Positions 48,271 through 58,084 of a stretch of DNA of 64,000 nt are shown here, piece by piece. Source of the DNA: a virus; IMG/VR virus record IMGVR_UViG_3300046328_000321, positions 49,369-113,368 of that record; one strand, given 5' to 3'. The notes below the pieces were generated by a model. The model saw nothing but the letters and a program-made list of their open reading frames with translations. It did not search any database and had not been told where the DNA came from. Position 1 is the stretch's first letter; the number at the start of each line of letters is the position of its first letter. Position numbers and translations under genes: made by a program.

Positions 48271-48564
48271 ATGAAGATGACTGTAGTTACTAATCAAGAA
48301 GGTACTTTTCATTATAATGAAAAGAATGAGCTCCATCGTGAAGATGGACCTGCCATCGAAGATGCAGATGGTTATAAAGGCTGGTATCTGAATGATAAGC
48401 TTCACCGGGTTGATGGTCCTGCTGTGGAAGATGTGAACGGTTACGGTTATAAAGCCTGGTATCTGCATGGTCAACGCCATCGTACTGATGGTCCCGCTAT
48501 TGAGCGGGCGGATGGCTATAAAGAATACTGGTTACACGGTGTTAAACAGGATCCACCTGTTTAA
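48271..48564 (+). CDS. HRxDGPA-repeat protein, three repeats
   Basis: Repeats; leader fused directly to the preceding stop codon. Confidence 0.82.
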   Translation: MKMTVVTNQEGTFHYNEKNELHREDGPAIEDADGYKGWYLNDKLHRVDGPAVEDVNGYGYKAWYLHGQRHRTDGPAIERADGYKEYWLHGVKQDPPV

Positions 48565-48706
48565 CTGATATAAAAATATACACAGCCTGATAAGCTGTGT
48601 ATATTTTTTTCCTGTTTGTAAACTATTTCAGTCACATATATTCTATTTGAGCTATCGCTGTAGTTTAATTCACATCTCTGTGAAACTATCAGCCAAGGAG
48701 ATAGAC

Positions 48707-49063
48707 ATGAATTTCGTAAACCTGTGCCCCCACACCATCCACATCTGCAACAGCAGATTTATTGTCTCATTTCAACCCTCGGGCATCGTAGCCCGGGTAA
48801 CGGCAGCATATGAAACCCTGCCGTCCCTGGCAGGATTTCGTGTAAGTCGACAAGTATTCGGGGAGGTGGAAAACCTCCCTGATCCAGCTCCTGACACCAC
48901 GTATGTCGTGTCAGGAATGGTTTTGGCTGCTCTCAAGGGCAGTCGACCTGATGTCGTGGCTCCTGATACAGGAACCACACAGGTCCGTTTCACACCGGCC
49001 GACGAAGCCGCCGGGCTCGGCAAAGCTGGTCAAACCCGCTATGTCACAGGTTGGGTTTCATAA
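48707..49063 (+). CDS. Conserved small phage protein (NLxPHxI family)
   Basis: VNLCPHTI...PSG.VARV...LP......YVVS..V....R.DV.AP; AAGGAG RBS. Confidence 0.65.
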   Translation: MNFVNLCPHTIHICNSRFIVSFQPSGIVARVTAAYETLPSLAGFRVSRQVFGEVENLPDPAPDTTYVVSGMVLAALKGSRPDVVAPDTGTTQVRFTPADEAAGLGKAGQTRYVTGWVS

Positions 49064-49205
49064 CCTAACCTGGATCACATCTTAACTTTACGAACGTTAA
49101 GATGTGATAAGAATGGCCAATTAACCCTGTCGCCTGGCCAGCAAAAAAGGGATTGAATTAACTGTTTAAATGTATAATCGTACATACAGTTAAATAGGAG
49201 AAACC

Positions 49206-49460
49206 ATGGAACTAGTCATTCCAATGGGAGTCGCGACTCACTACGAGTCGTGGACTGACGAAGCCGGTGATGGCTTCATCCTCTGTGACAGGTCGGTCAA
49301 ATCGACCGTGGACGGTAAAGAGGTTACCGTGACAGACCGGTGGGAATCCGGTCCCTGTAACTTTGACAGTGTGCTTGAAGCCACTGTCAAAGTGGGGGGA
49401 GAGATTGTGAAAGCAATCTCTGTCGAAGCCTCAGAAGGGAGATACATTATTTCTCTCTGA
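49206..49460 (+). CDS. Hypothetical protein
   Basis: AGGAG RBS; terminator downstream. Confidence 0.6.
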   Translation: MELVIPMGVATHYESWTDEAGDGFILCDRSVKSTVDGKEVTVTDRWESGPCNFDSVLEATVKVGGEIVKAISVEASEGRYIISL

Positions 49461-49502
49461 GAGAAAACACTCCAACCCTTACAGGTCGGAGTGTTTTTTT
49501 TT

Positions 49503-50951
49503 TTAATTTTTTATTAAGTAAATAGGAGACAATATTTTAACAGAAGAAAAGTTTGTAATTATAGTGGGATTTATAATATATTCACCAGCAGTCTGTCCAT
49601 TTAACAAAACAGTAATAGGTACGGACATGCTCTGACCATAAGTGGTAATTACCATTATTCCACTCTCTCCCACTTTACTAAGTTCCCATTCTACAGCTAA
49701 TGTAATTTCTGTAGGCCAAATACTATTTAGAGGTTCTAACTCTATAACAGAACTATTAGATGCAGTATGCATTCCATTATTAAAAACAGCATTTGAAACA
49801 GTTTTTAATACAGGTGGCTCACTGTAAGAATTGACCATGGTAAATAAAACAGATTGAGACCATTCTGACCAATTTGATAAACTACCGCGATGTCGAATTT
49901 TTAGTTCTAAAGTTCTACCAGACTCTAAATAGTTAAAAATTTCACACACTTTTCCCGATGTTAAAAATACATTACTCAATACAGATACACTGTCCACAGA
50001 CCATTCTGTTTCCACATGTCTATCGTTAGCAGAAATTGGTTTGAACAACGATGTTTGCAATAGATCGTTAGGTAAAACATTATCACTTCCATAAACTGGA
50101 AATGTGATATCAGGTGTAAAATTAATTATACTGTTTGAAAAATTACTTGTATTAAATCTTCTGACATAAGACCAATTACTATGTCCAAAATTGATATCGC
50201 GATATCTTATTTTTAAGAAGTATTCAGCAGATTGATTTAAACCTTGAATGAGAAAGTTATTATTCAATATTGGTACATCAATTCCATAGTCCACAATGTT
50301 ATTAAATTGATTATCTGTAGAGACTTGATAATCAACACCAACAGCAGAGTACACTTTACCTTCATAACTGCCGGTGGGTAGAGTGTAAGAAACTGTAAAT
50401 TTATTATTGTGTATTACTAAGTTTTGTGTCGGATGAGAAATAGTTGCTATGGGTAAAACAGGATTACTTAATCCAACTCTTATAAGGAAATTATGATCAT
50501 TTAATTTAAAACCATAGAGACCACCTGATCCTACGATTAAAGAATTTGGAGATGTATAGGTAATGACATTATCGTTTCTAACTACAGTACCAGCTCCCAA
50601 GACCAACAGACTTAAATCATAAGAATTTTTACTATCATAGTTGGTGATAGTATACGTGGCAGAAGTTTCCACAGATAAAGAAACTGGACCTAAAATAGTT
50701 GGTCTTTGTTTTATGGACTTAGGTAAAAATACTTCAGGTATGATTCCATATTCATTTAATTGAACTGGTCCACCTGCACGATTGATTGAATTTTTATCAA
50801 TACCATTTAAATTTTGCAAAGCCGTATTGACTCTTGTGGCACTTGTACCACCAATATTTAAATTAAAAAGTCCTTCATGAGAACCTGGTGCTTTTGCATT
50901 AACTATACTTCTCATTTCGATATTCCTTAAAAGATAATTTAATCCTATCAA
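49503..50951 (-). CDS. Virion/tail protein with Ig/FnIII-like domains
   Basis: YTITNYDS, Y...IRY......S.WS motifs. Confidence 0.55.
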   Translation of the reverse strand: MIGLNYLLRNIEMRSIVNAKAPGSHEGLFNLNIGGTSATRVNTALQNLNGIDKNSINRAGGPVQLNEYGIIPEVFLPKSIKQRPTILGPVSLSVETSATYTITNYDSKNSYDLSLLVLGAGTVVRNDNVITYTSPNSLIVGSGGLYGFKLNDHNFLIRVGLSNPVLPIATISHPTQNLVIHNNKFTVSYTLPTGSYEGKVYSAVGVDYQVSTDNQFNNIVDYGIDVPILNNNFLIQGLNQSAEYFLKIRYRDINFGHSNWSYVRRFNTSNFSNSIINFTPDITFPVYGSDNVLPNDLLQTSLFKPISANDRHVETEWSVDSVSVLSNVFLTSGKVCEIFNYLESGRTLELKIRHRGSLSNWSEWSQSVLFTMVNSYSEPPVLKTVSNAVFNNGMHTASNSSVIELEPLNSIWPTEITLAVEWELSKVGESGIMVITTYGQSMSVPITVLLNGQTAGEYIINPTIITNFSSVKILSPIYLIKN

Positions 50952-51006
50952 AAGATTTGCCGAAACAAAGATAAAGAGGGTTTGACCCTCTTTATCTTAT
51001 TCTTTA

Positions 51007-51696
51007 TTAAGAATTATAATAGTTAGCAATACGTTGTTTAGCTTTCTCAGAAAAACCTTCAGCAAAAGTACGAGAAATACTTACACGTCGTACATCATCC
51101 TTACGAGTTGCCGGATTGCAAGTTGTGATGACCAAATTTATAACGCGTTGCATATTACTGAGTTCATCCAAACCCCATACCCATTGATCAGCAAAACGAT
51201 ATACATAACGATCATTAAATACACCGTTGATGTTTTGATGCACGTAAGCCAGTAAAACAGACCAAAGCTTTTTAAATTCAGCTTCTGGTGCACCTTCAAG
51301 TAGAGTTTCGAAAAGTTTCCAAAGACCGTACTGTTGACGAGCACCATCTTCAGGACTTACTGGAAAACCAGGCTGCATCTTAGCCACATAAAAATCTAGA
51401 CTGGCCATGGTCATTTTTTCATAAACAGTACCAGACTGACGCATCTTTTCAAAAACACTAGAAAAATCATTGGTAACAGAAGTGTTTATCGTGATGGGTT
51501 TAACCTCAACGTTTTTGACAACAACTGGTGCAACAGAAATGACCGGAACTTCCATCACAGGAGTTGTTTCAGCCGTCAATTCAGAAGTGTTTTCAATAAC
51601 TGGAAGGGTGTCAGTGGTTTCATTTTCTTCAGTGGTCATAGGTTTCTCCATTACAGGTGGTTTAACGTAAAGCTTCTTAGCTTGGAATTTATTCAT
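51007..51696 (-). CDS. Conserved phiKZ-like hypothetical protein
   Basis: Y..KM.PG......GA..Q motif; synteny. Confidence 0.55.
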   Translation of the reverse strand: MNKFQAKKLYVKPPVMEKPMTTEENETTDTLPVIENTSELTAETTPVMEVPVISVAPVVVKNVEVKPITINTSVTNDFSSVFEKMRQSGTVYEKMTMASLDFYVAKMQPGFPVSPEDGARQQYGLWKLFETLLEGAPEAEFKKLWSVLLAYVHQNINGVFNDRYVYRFADQWVWGLDELSNMQRVINLVITTCNPATRKDDVRRVSISRTFAEGFSEKAKQRIANYYNS

Positions 51697-52550
51697 CGAG
51701 CATATCCTTCTGATAATGATTTTGTTTGTGTTTCGGCATCTGGGTTAAAACCTATATAGGTATATAGACGATGTTCAGCATCTGGTCGAACTAGATTGAA
51801 TACAGGAATTCCAATTGCATCTGCAATGGCAATTGCATTACCAGAATTACCTGTCTTAAAAGTTTTTTCAATTGCCTTTTCAGTGCCATCTTCGGTCCAG
51901 ACTATCAGGAACATAGCAGGACTTTTACCTTCCTTGCCTAAAACCAATCGTACATTTTTAGCAAGGAAGGTTTGAACCACGGGTTTTAATGTGTCAAAAG
52001 ATGTGTGAAACATTTTAGCGACACCTTTGACAAAGTCAGAAGTATAAGTAAATTTACTCTGCTTGCCATCGAAATCTTTAAAAGGTAAATGTAATTCTAA
52101 CTTAGTAACAGATTTTTCAATCACATCCTCTAAACCTTCCATACCTCCGGTACGTAGGATGTAACCAGCTTTCTCAAGATTACGTCCAATGCGTTGTACT
52201 TGGGGTTTAAAAGACTCAGGCATCTCTTTATTACCAGTAGCTGCATAAGGTTTATATAGATAGGGTTCTTCTTGCTCAGCAGGAGACTTAGGACGGAAAC
52301 CACCATTGTTACCTTGAAAACCACCAGAACGCTGTTGGTAACCACCGCCTGGTGTGTGAGGTTTCTTCTGATAACCGTTAGCTTGGTAACCGCCGTCACT
52401 GCGATCTTTAGGATAACCGTTGTTGTTATAAGATTGATGAGGTCCAGAGTTCTCTTGTCTTGGTTGATAACCATCATTACGTGGTTCTTGCTCACGTTGC
52501 TGGTATGGTTGTTGAGGGGGATTGTTTTCGCGAGGTTCAAAGAAACTCAT
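51693..52550 (-). CDS. DprA/SLOG-family protein with N-terminal Q/N/G-rich disordered region
   Basis: YAATGN, ILRTGG, HLPF, P..FL..WT.DG, IPVFNL. Confidence 0.65.
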   Translation of the reverse strand: MSFFEPRENNPPQQPYQQREQEPRNDGYQPRQENSGPHQSYNNNGYPKDRSDGGYQANGYQKKPHTPGGGYQQRSGGFQGNNGGFRPKSPAEQEEPYLYKPYAATGNKEMPESFKPQVQRIGRNLEKAGYILRTGGMEGLEDVIEKSVTKLELHLPFKDFDGKQSKFTYTSDFVKGVAKMFHTSFDTLKPVVQTFLAKNVRLVLGKEGKSPAMFLIVWTEDGTEKAIEKTFKTGNSGNAIAIADAIGIPVFNLVRPDAEHRLYTYIGFNPDAETQTKSLSEGYAR

Positions 52551-52561
52551 TTTTTATTCTC

Positions 52562-53866
52562 TTATGAAAAATGTTGATCCAAAGAAATCTTAGCTGTTGA
52601 CAAAACTACACCATGCATGCGCTTCATGGATGAGGTCATGATGATTGCAGAAATTTCTGTCAAGGGAATAGAGAGACCTGTTGGCAATGTCGAAAGCTTA
52701 GCGCCTGCACAAACAGAGCAAATAGTGTCACCTTTTAATTTACAAAACATAGGTGATCTGACAGCGATGGCTTTACCCAAATAGACACCAGCTTCTTCAC
52801 CTGTATTTACTACTTTAGATCCACCTGTTAAAACTGTTTTTCCAATTAACTGTTTGTAGTTAGATTTATCATAAATACGAGTTAGACCTAACTTAGACCC
52901 ACAGTCTCCTTCTTTAATGGAAAAATTATTAGCAGCTCTCAATAAAGTTTTGGCAGACACACCGCCTTTAACAGTTTCAGCTCCTCGAAAGAAACTGGCC
53001 ATACGAGCGTCATTGACCATAGAAGTCATGTCATCAGGATCTGTAGACCATCCGTCTACAAGAGAGTTAGTGATAGGTTTTTTATTACCACCCTCATCAA
53101 AAGAAAGACCCTGACCCAATGTGAGAAACAGTTTTTTTCTAGCGATATTTTTAATTTTACCTTTGACAAATTTTCCATCAGTGGGATCATCTGCCATATA
53201 AGCGTCATCAAAAGCTTTTAACTCACCTTCAAATTTAGCTAATTCAATTGGATCGTTTAACTTACCATCATATTTTATCATTACCTGTTTCTTAAAAGCG
53301 TCGATACCGGTAGGTTTACGAATGTTCTTACGAGTAGCTGATAAAGAAACAAGATGGGAGAAATCTCTCACATATAACATAGCATCTGTGAACTTGATAT
53401 ATTCGTCCACATAGTAATAAGCGTCTGATCGATCTGTTTCATTTTTAGGAGTATCTCTAAGTTTATCTACAATTATATTCTCAAAAGTACTCACAGAAAT
53501 AGTACCGGTCTGATAAGGAAACTTAGTGCCAAAAGCTTCTAACACAGTGACAGCATTTAAAAATAAATTACCAACACTGGTTTCAACAGGCTGTTTAATG
53601 TTAGGAGCCCAGGTCTCATCCGCCGTGACTCTTTCTGAAAATTTAAACAGAGGTTCACCAGGTTTGGGACTGTCTTCAAATTGTTCAAAGATAGATTCAC
53701 TATTTATATACCCAAAACCAAAAGGTTGGCATATAGGTTTTAAATAGTAAGAATCTTTAATACTATCTGTATCTGGTTTCAGAATGGCAAAACATCGAAT
53801 CACCCAATCGTGATCGCTGTATTTCTTATGTTTAAGAGCTAGTTTTAGATAGTCTATTCTTTTCAT
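52562..53866 (-). CDS. Virion RNAP beta' subunit (phiKZ gp80-like)
   Basis: R..S..RG.ET..GG, DCGS, RSPMFC...ICSVCAG, MK.MH motifs. Confidence 0.85.
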   Translation of the reverse strand: MKRIDYLKLALKHKKYSDHDWVIRCFAILKPDTDSIKDSYYLKPICQPFGFGYINSESIFEQFEDSPKPGEPLFKFSERVTADETWAPNIKQPVETSVGNLFLNAVTVLEAFGTKFPYQTGTISVSTFENIIVDKLRDTPKNETDRSDAYYYVDEYIKFTDAMLYVRDFSHLVSLSATRKNIRKPTGIDAFKKQVMIKYDGKLNDPIELAKFEGELKAFDDAYMADDPTDGKFVKGKIKNIARKKLFLTLGQGLSFDEGGNKKPITNSLVDGWSTDPDDMTSMVNDARMASFFRGAETVKGGVSAKTLLRAANNFSIKEGDCGSKLGLTRIYDKSNYKQLIGKTVLTGGSKVVNTGEEAGVYLGKAIAVRSPMFCKLKGDTICSVCAGAKLSTLPTGLSIPLTEISAIIMTSSMKRMHGVVLSTAKISLDQHFS

Positions 53867-54692
53867 ATACAGCTTTCTGGTATTCGTTAAAATTAGCTAA
53901 ATGAGCAGCCAGTCTATTTTCCACTATACCGATCACATTCATTTCATCAAAGAAAACATGACTGTATTTTCTGTAAGCTAAAATAGGACTGTTGTAACCC
54001 TCTGGGGACATATAGAGTAAGGACAGAATGTTCCAAGCCAAACCATCCATATCACCGACATCTATGCTCTGTATAAAAGATGCATAGACTATAAGGTTTT
54101 GACCCAAGAGCATTCCGCTCTCGGTCAGTTTAAGACCTAACAGGTCATTGCGTTTAGTGTATTCTTTCAAGTCTTTAAGTATTTTTACATACTTTTCTAC
54201 TTTTGGAATTGATTCTTCTATTTCTTTAGTTTGTAAATATTCTTTAAGAGTTCTCAAGACAGTAGGTCTGAATGACGCTATAGCTGTCATCACATCTACA
54301 ACTTCCAATGTGGAGAGTTCACTAATGATAAAAGCAAGAATCTCTTCATCATTTTCATTAGACTCTAACGCTATTTGAAAAGGTCTAGAATCTTCTAAAT
54401 GTTGCACTAAAAACAATGCGGATAAAATTTCATTCTTAATATATAAAGAAGTACTATTGTACGTTTCGATCGTATGGGCTTCTAATATACTATCAGCTAT
54501 GAGATGAATGGCTTTATATACCCCATCTTTCTGTTCTACTGAAGTCATATTACTGTCCATAATGACTTCAATTAATTTTTCTTCATGATCTTGATTGTTA
54601 AAAACTTCAAACAGTTCAAATGAACGTTTGATGTCCTCAATGGTTTCAGGTGTGAATTGGTAACCAACGAACTCAGATATTAGTTCATTCAT
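53832..54692 (-). CDS. Hypothetical protein
   Basis: Long ORF overlapping the vRNAP subunit start. Confidence 0.6.
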   Translation of the reverse strand: MNELISEFVGYQFTPETIEDIKRSFELFEVFNNQDHEEKLIEVIMDSNMTSVEQKDGVYKAIHLIADSILEAHTIETYNSTSLYIKNEILSALFLVQHLEDSRPFQIALESNENDEEILAFIISELSTLEVVDVMTAIASFRPTVLRTLKEYLQTKEIEESIPKVEKYVKILKDLKEYTKRNDLLGLKLTESGMLLGQNLIVYASFIQSIDVGDMDGLAWNILSLLYMSPEGYNSPILAYRKYSHVFFDEMNVIGIVENRLAAHLANFNEYQKAVYEKNRLSKTSS

Positions 54693-54778
54693 AATGCTTT
54701 CTCACTTTGATAAAAAATAAGTCTCAGAATCATACTATAGCTCCAGGGCTTAATTTCTTTTGACAACAAGGATTTAAA

Positions 54779-55357
54779 ATGACACAAGCATACAAACAAA
54801 AACCATCTCAAGGACCTGTAACATTCCCTCTTTTGCAACAGCTTATGGATCGTGCTGGTATTGTACCAGATGAGAAACCTTTCACAATGCTTTGGGAAGA
54901 ACTTGAGGAACTTTACAATGTAGTGGCTGGTGGTCTTATCGATCAAGCCATTTCTGTAAATCAAGCAATTGGTTTGTTTAAGCAATATGCTGTAAGCATG
55001 AATTCAGAACTGACTATTACAATACAAGGACTGACTCGTGACATTGAAACCATGACACAAGAACTCATGGCCATTCATAAACACCATGTTGGTAAAGTTG
55101 GTAAAGTGGGTGATGATGACATTTCAGCTTTTTTGACTTTGGGTTCAGACTATAAGACTGCGGCTGATCGTATCCAATCACTTTTAGTTTCACCTATGCT
55201 CACAGTGACTGAACATTTGATTGAAATGCAAACACAGCTTCAAGCTAAAGTAGAAGAAGATAAGAAAATGAAAGATTTGGTGGATCCTACTGTTATTTCT
55301 GACGCTATTGTCAAGACAGTTGAAAACACAACTAAGGGAGTTATTGTAAATGAGTGA
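54779..55357 (+). CDS. Hypothetical helical protein
   Basis: AAGGA RBS; operonic. Confidence 0.6.
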   Translation: MTQAYKQKPSQGPVTFPLLQQLMDRAGIVPDEKPFTMLWEELEELYNVVAGGLIDQAISVNQAIGLFKQYAVSMNSELTITIQGLTRDIETMTQELMAIHKHHVGKVGKVGDDDISAFLTLGSDYKTAADRIQSLLVSPMLTVTEHLIEMQTQLQAKVEEDKKMKDLVDPTVISDAIVKTVENTTKGVIVNE

Positions 55358-56882
55358 AGAACTTAATGTGAAAATTGATACTAACGTATCTTTAACCACT
55401 GAAGAACTGCCTAAAGGTGTTCCTGTGATCGACGAACCTGAACATGAATCTCCTACTGTTGTAGAAGAAGTTATTCATGGTGATGGTTCATGTGTGATGG
55501 ATTATGAATATTCATCTGTAACAGACAGTGCTCCTGACACCATTGCCCTTCCTTCAGATACAGCCAAACGCACTCGTGAAATTGTTTCTGGTATTCCTAA
55601 CATCAATATGTTAGATAATCCAGAGTCTCGTAAATGGGCTAGTGCGCTGACTGAAGGTCTGGGTCGTACTATGTACTCAGATGTGTTTGGTGACACAGTT
55701 ACAAAACCTGGTATTAACTTCAATCAAAAAATTGAATATAAAGGTACCAGTCTGAATGCGGCTTCTCCTAAATTCAAAGCTTTAGAGAACCAGCAGATCA
55801 AAGGTGAACGAGCCATCATCCGAATGATTTCTCAGTTGGGACTGGGTACTTTGATCCAAATCCCTCTGTGGCATACTGGTATATGGGTAACAATTAAACC
55901 TCCGACTGAAGCTGAATTGCTTGAATTGAATCGCATCATGTTGAATGATAAAATTCGTTTTGGACGTTTCACTCATTCGTTAGCTTTCTCCAATGTGAGT
56001 TCATACACCACGGATCGTTTGACTGACTTTGCTTTAAGCCATGTTTACGATACAACACTAAAGTCTGATGATCTAAATACAGAATTGTTGAAGACTACTA
56101 TTGTTTCTCAAGATATTCCTACTTTGATCTGGGGTTTGATGTGTTCGGTATATCCTCGTGGATTTAAATACCAACGAGCGTGTGTGGCTGATCCTGAGAA
56201 GTGTCATCACGTTTTGGAAGAGACTCTGAATTTATCCAAGCTTCAGTGGGTCAACACAGCTCCTTTGACTGAATGGCAAAAAGCTCATATGGCTTCTCGT
56301 CAGGCACGTACAAAAGATCTAGAATCCGTCAAACGCTATAAAGAAGAACTCGCCACCACCCATAACAAACGTGTCTCTGTCGATACCAGCAATGGTAGTA
56401 AAATTTTCTTCACGCTACGTACTCCTTCTATTAAAGAATACGTAGATGCAGGACATGTTTGGATCTCTGATATGGTTGAGTCAATGGAAAAGGCTTTGAC
56501 TTCTGAGACTTCATCTACAGAACGTGAAGCCATGCTGACTAAATATGGTCAAGCATCAGCCATGCGACAATATCGTCACTGGGTGGAAAGTGTAGAGATT
56601 GGTACTAATATTATCTCTGACCCAGAAACTATCTCTCAGTCTCTGGATGTTCTGTCCAGTGAAGATATGATTCTAGGTAACTTCATTAAAGAAGTGATTT
56701 CTTATATCGGTGAAAGTACGATCTCTGTAATCGGTATTCCTGTATATGACTGTCCTAATTGTGGTAAAAAACAAGAGGTAGAACATAAACTACCACGTCA
56801 TACCAACATCATTCCGTTGGATACTATGACAGTTTTTTTCGACCTCTATACTCAGCGTCTAACGAGATTGACCGAACGCTGA
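55350..56882 (+). CDS. Conserved phiKZ-like protein, possible tail/baseplate assembly chaperone
   Basis: IPLWHTG.W, YP.G, C-terminal CPNCG; TTTTTTC slippery site near the 3' end. Confidence 0.55.
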   Translation: MSEELNVKIDTNVSLTTEELPKGVPVIDEPEHESPTVVEEVIHGDGSCVMDYEYSSVTDSAPDTIALPSDTAKRTREIVSGIPNINMLDNPESRKWASALTEGLGRTMYSDVFGDTVTKPGINFNQKIEYKGTSLNAASPKFKALENQQIKGERAIIRMISQLGLGTLIQIPLWHTGIWVTIKPPTEAELLELNRIMLNDKIRFGRFTHSLAFSNVSSYTTDRLTDFALSHVYDTTLKSDDLNTELLKTTIVSQDIPTLIWGLMCSVYPRGFKYQRACVADPEKCHHVLEETLNLSKLQWVNTAPLTEWQKAHMASRQARTKDLESVKRYKEELATTHNKRVSVDTSNGSKIFFTLRTPSIKEYVDAGHVWISDMVESMEKALTSETSSTEREAMLTKYGQASAMRQYRHWVESVEIGTNIISDPETISQSLDVLSSEDMILGNFIKEVISYIGESTISVIGIPVYDCPNCGKKQEVEHKLPRHTNIIPLDTMTVFFDLYTQRLTRLTER

Positions 56883-57301
56883 GTATTAATAACATTACAC
56901 ATCCTGAGTTTGGTGCTGGGTTCAGTATAGATGCTTTTAGAGATAAACTCTTTGGGAATCTGCCTAAGTTAGACAGAACGGATGTGAAGATAGTGCTTGG
57001 AGATCTCTATGAAACAGAAATAGGGATATTCAATCATTTCGGTCAACAGGCTAAATCTAAACCTCTTGCCTCTGTGGCTTTTCATCCTATCGAAGATATT
57101 AACGATGGAAGTGGGTTACAACTGGCCATGCGTGTGTATGTAGACAGAGGTATACGGGAATACTTTGGTTTGTCTTTTGAAGAGTATCTGGCCGTACCCA
57201 GAGATATTCATGAGATGATGAATCAAGTAGCTCTTGAGTATATCAAGAAGAAGTCTGCTGCCATGACTAATATAGAGAATGAATTAAAGACACAGACATA
57301 A
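56840..57301 (+). CDS. -1 frame extension of the upstream gene (track ORF 56984..57301)
   Basis: Frame open from the slippery heptamer to 57301; no start codon before GTG 56984. Confidence 0.55.
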   Translation, partial: RPLYSASNEIDRTLSINNITHPEFGAGFSIDAFRDKLFGNLPKLDRTDVKIVLGDLYETEIGIFNHFGQQAKSKPLASVAFHPIEDINDGSGLQLAMRVYVDRGIREYFGLSFEEYLAVPRDIHEMMNQVALEYIKKKSAAMTNIENELKTQT

Positions 57302-57533
57302 ATACCCTATCCACCTTAGGGTGGATAGGGTACTATGCTGCACTTTTAACTATCGACGCACTCACGGGAAAAAACTCCTGTGTTTTACGTTATGTGAAAC
57401 ACAGGAGTATAAACGGTGTATTATCACCGAATCCACCTCAAGGACATCACGACAACACTGGAAACCAGCATCTTCACTCTGTCATAATATAGACTTTCTA
57501 ATACCTTTCAGCCATTTAAACTTTATTTGATCA

Positions 57534-57962
57534 GTGACTCAATTCTTAAAGGAAAGTATCATGAACTTATTGCAGAAACTCTACCAAACCTCTCGACAGA
57601 CTGATCGTCCATTTGTATTCAGCAAAGAACTAGCGACTGTATTCGTCAACAAACATGCATACATAACTTCTCACAGCTTCCATAAGAAAGTTGGGTGTAA
57701 CATGTATGTGCGGTATGTGTTCTTTAACTCAGATCACTTATTCGCGTATGGTTGGGAAACAAAAACCAAAGTTCTTGACAGCGTACCCGCTACAACCTAT
57801 CTGCCTACAAAGATAGTTCCACGACCTGGTGTTGAGGATGGCATCATTGCTGACTTCGAAACATACCTGAATGTTTTTGAAAGTGAAGGTAATGTCATCT
57901 ACAGCTTGAATCAGCTGTTGGATGTATTTGATTGTAAACCAAACGGGGATTTAAAAACATGA
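57534..57962 (+). CDS. Hypothetical protein
   Basis: AAGGA RBS before the internal ATG; terminator downstream. Confidence 0.55.
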   Translation: MTQFLKESIMNLLQKLYQTSRQTDRPFVFSKELATVFVNKHAYITSHSFHKKVGCNMYVRYVFFNSDHLFAYGWETKTKVLDSVPATTYLPTKIVPRPGVEDGIIADFETYLNVFESEGNVIYSLNQLLDVFDCKPNGDLKT

Positions 57963-58084
57963 AAATTCGCATGGGTTGTTGAAAGAAAACCTGGCTTCGG
58001 CTAGGTCTTCCTTTTTTTTATCTTTGTAAAATGTTTCAATGATATATAATTTACTTGAGAGTTGCAATGGTTTAAGTTGACGTA

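Noticed and set aside
47396-48564. CRISPR array or diversity-generating retroelement
   Set aside because: The repeats are in-frame coding modules, differences are not adenine-specific, and no cas or reverse transcriptase gene is in the window.
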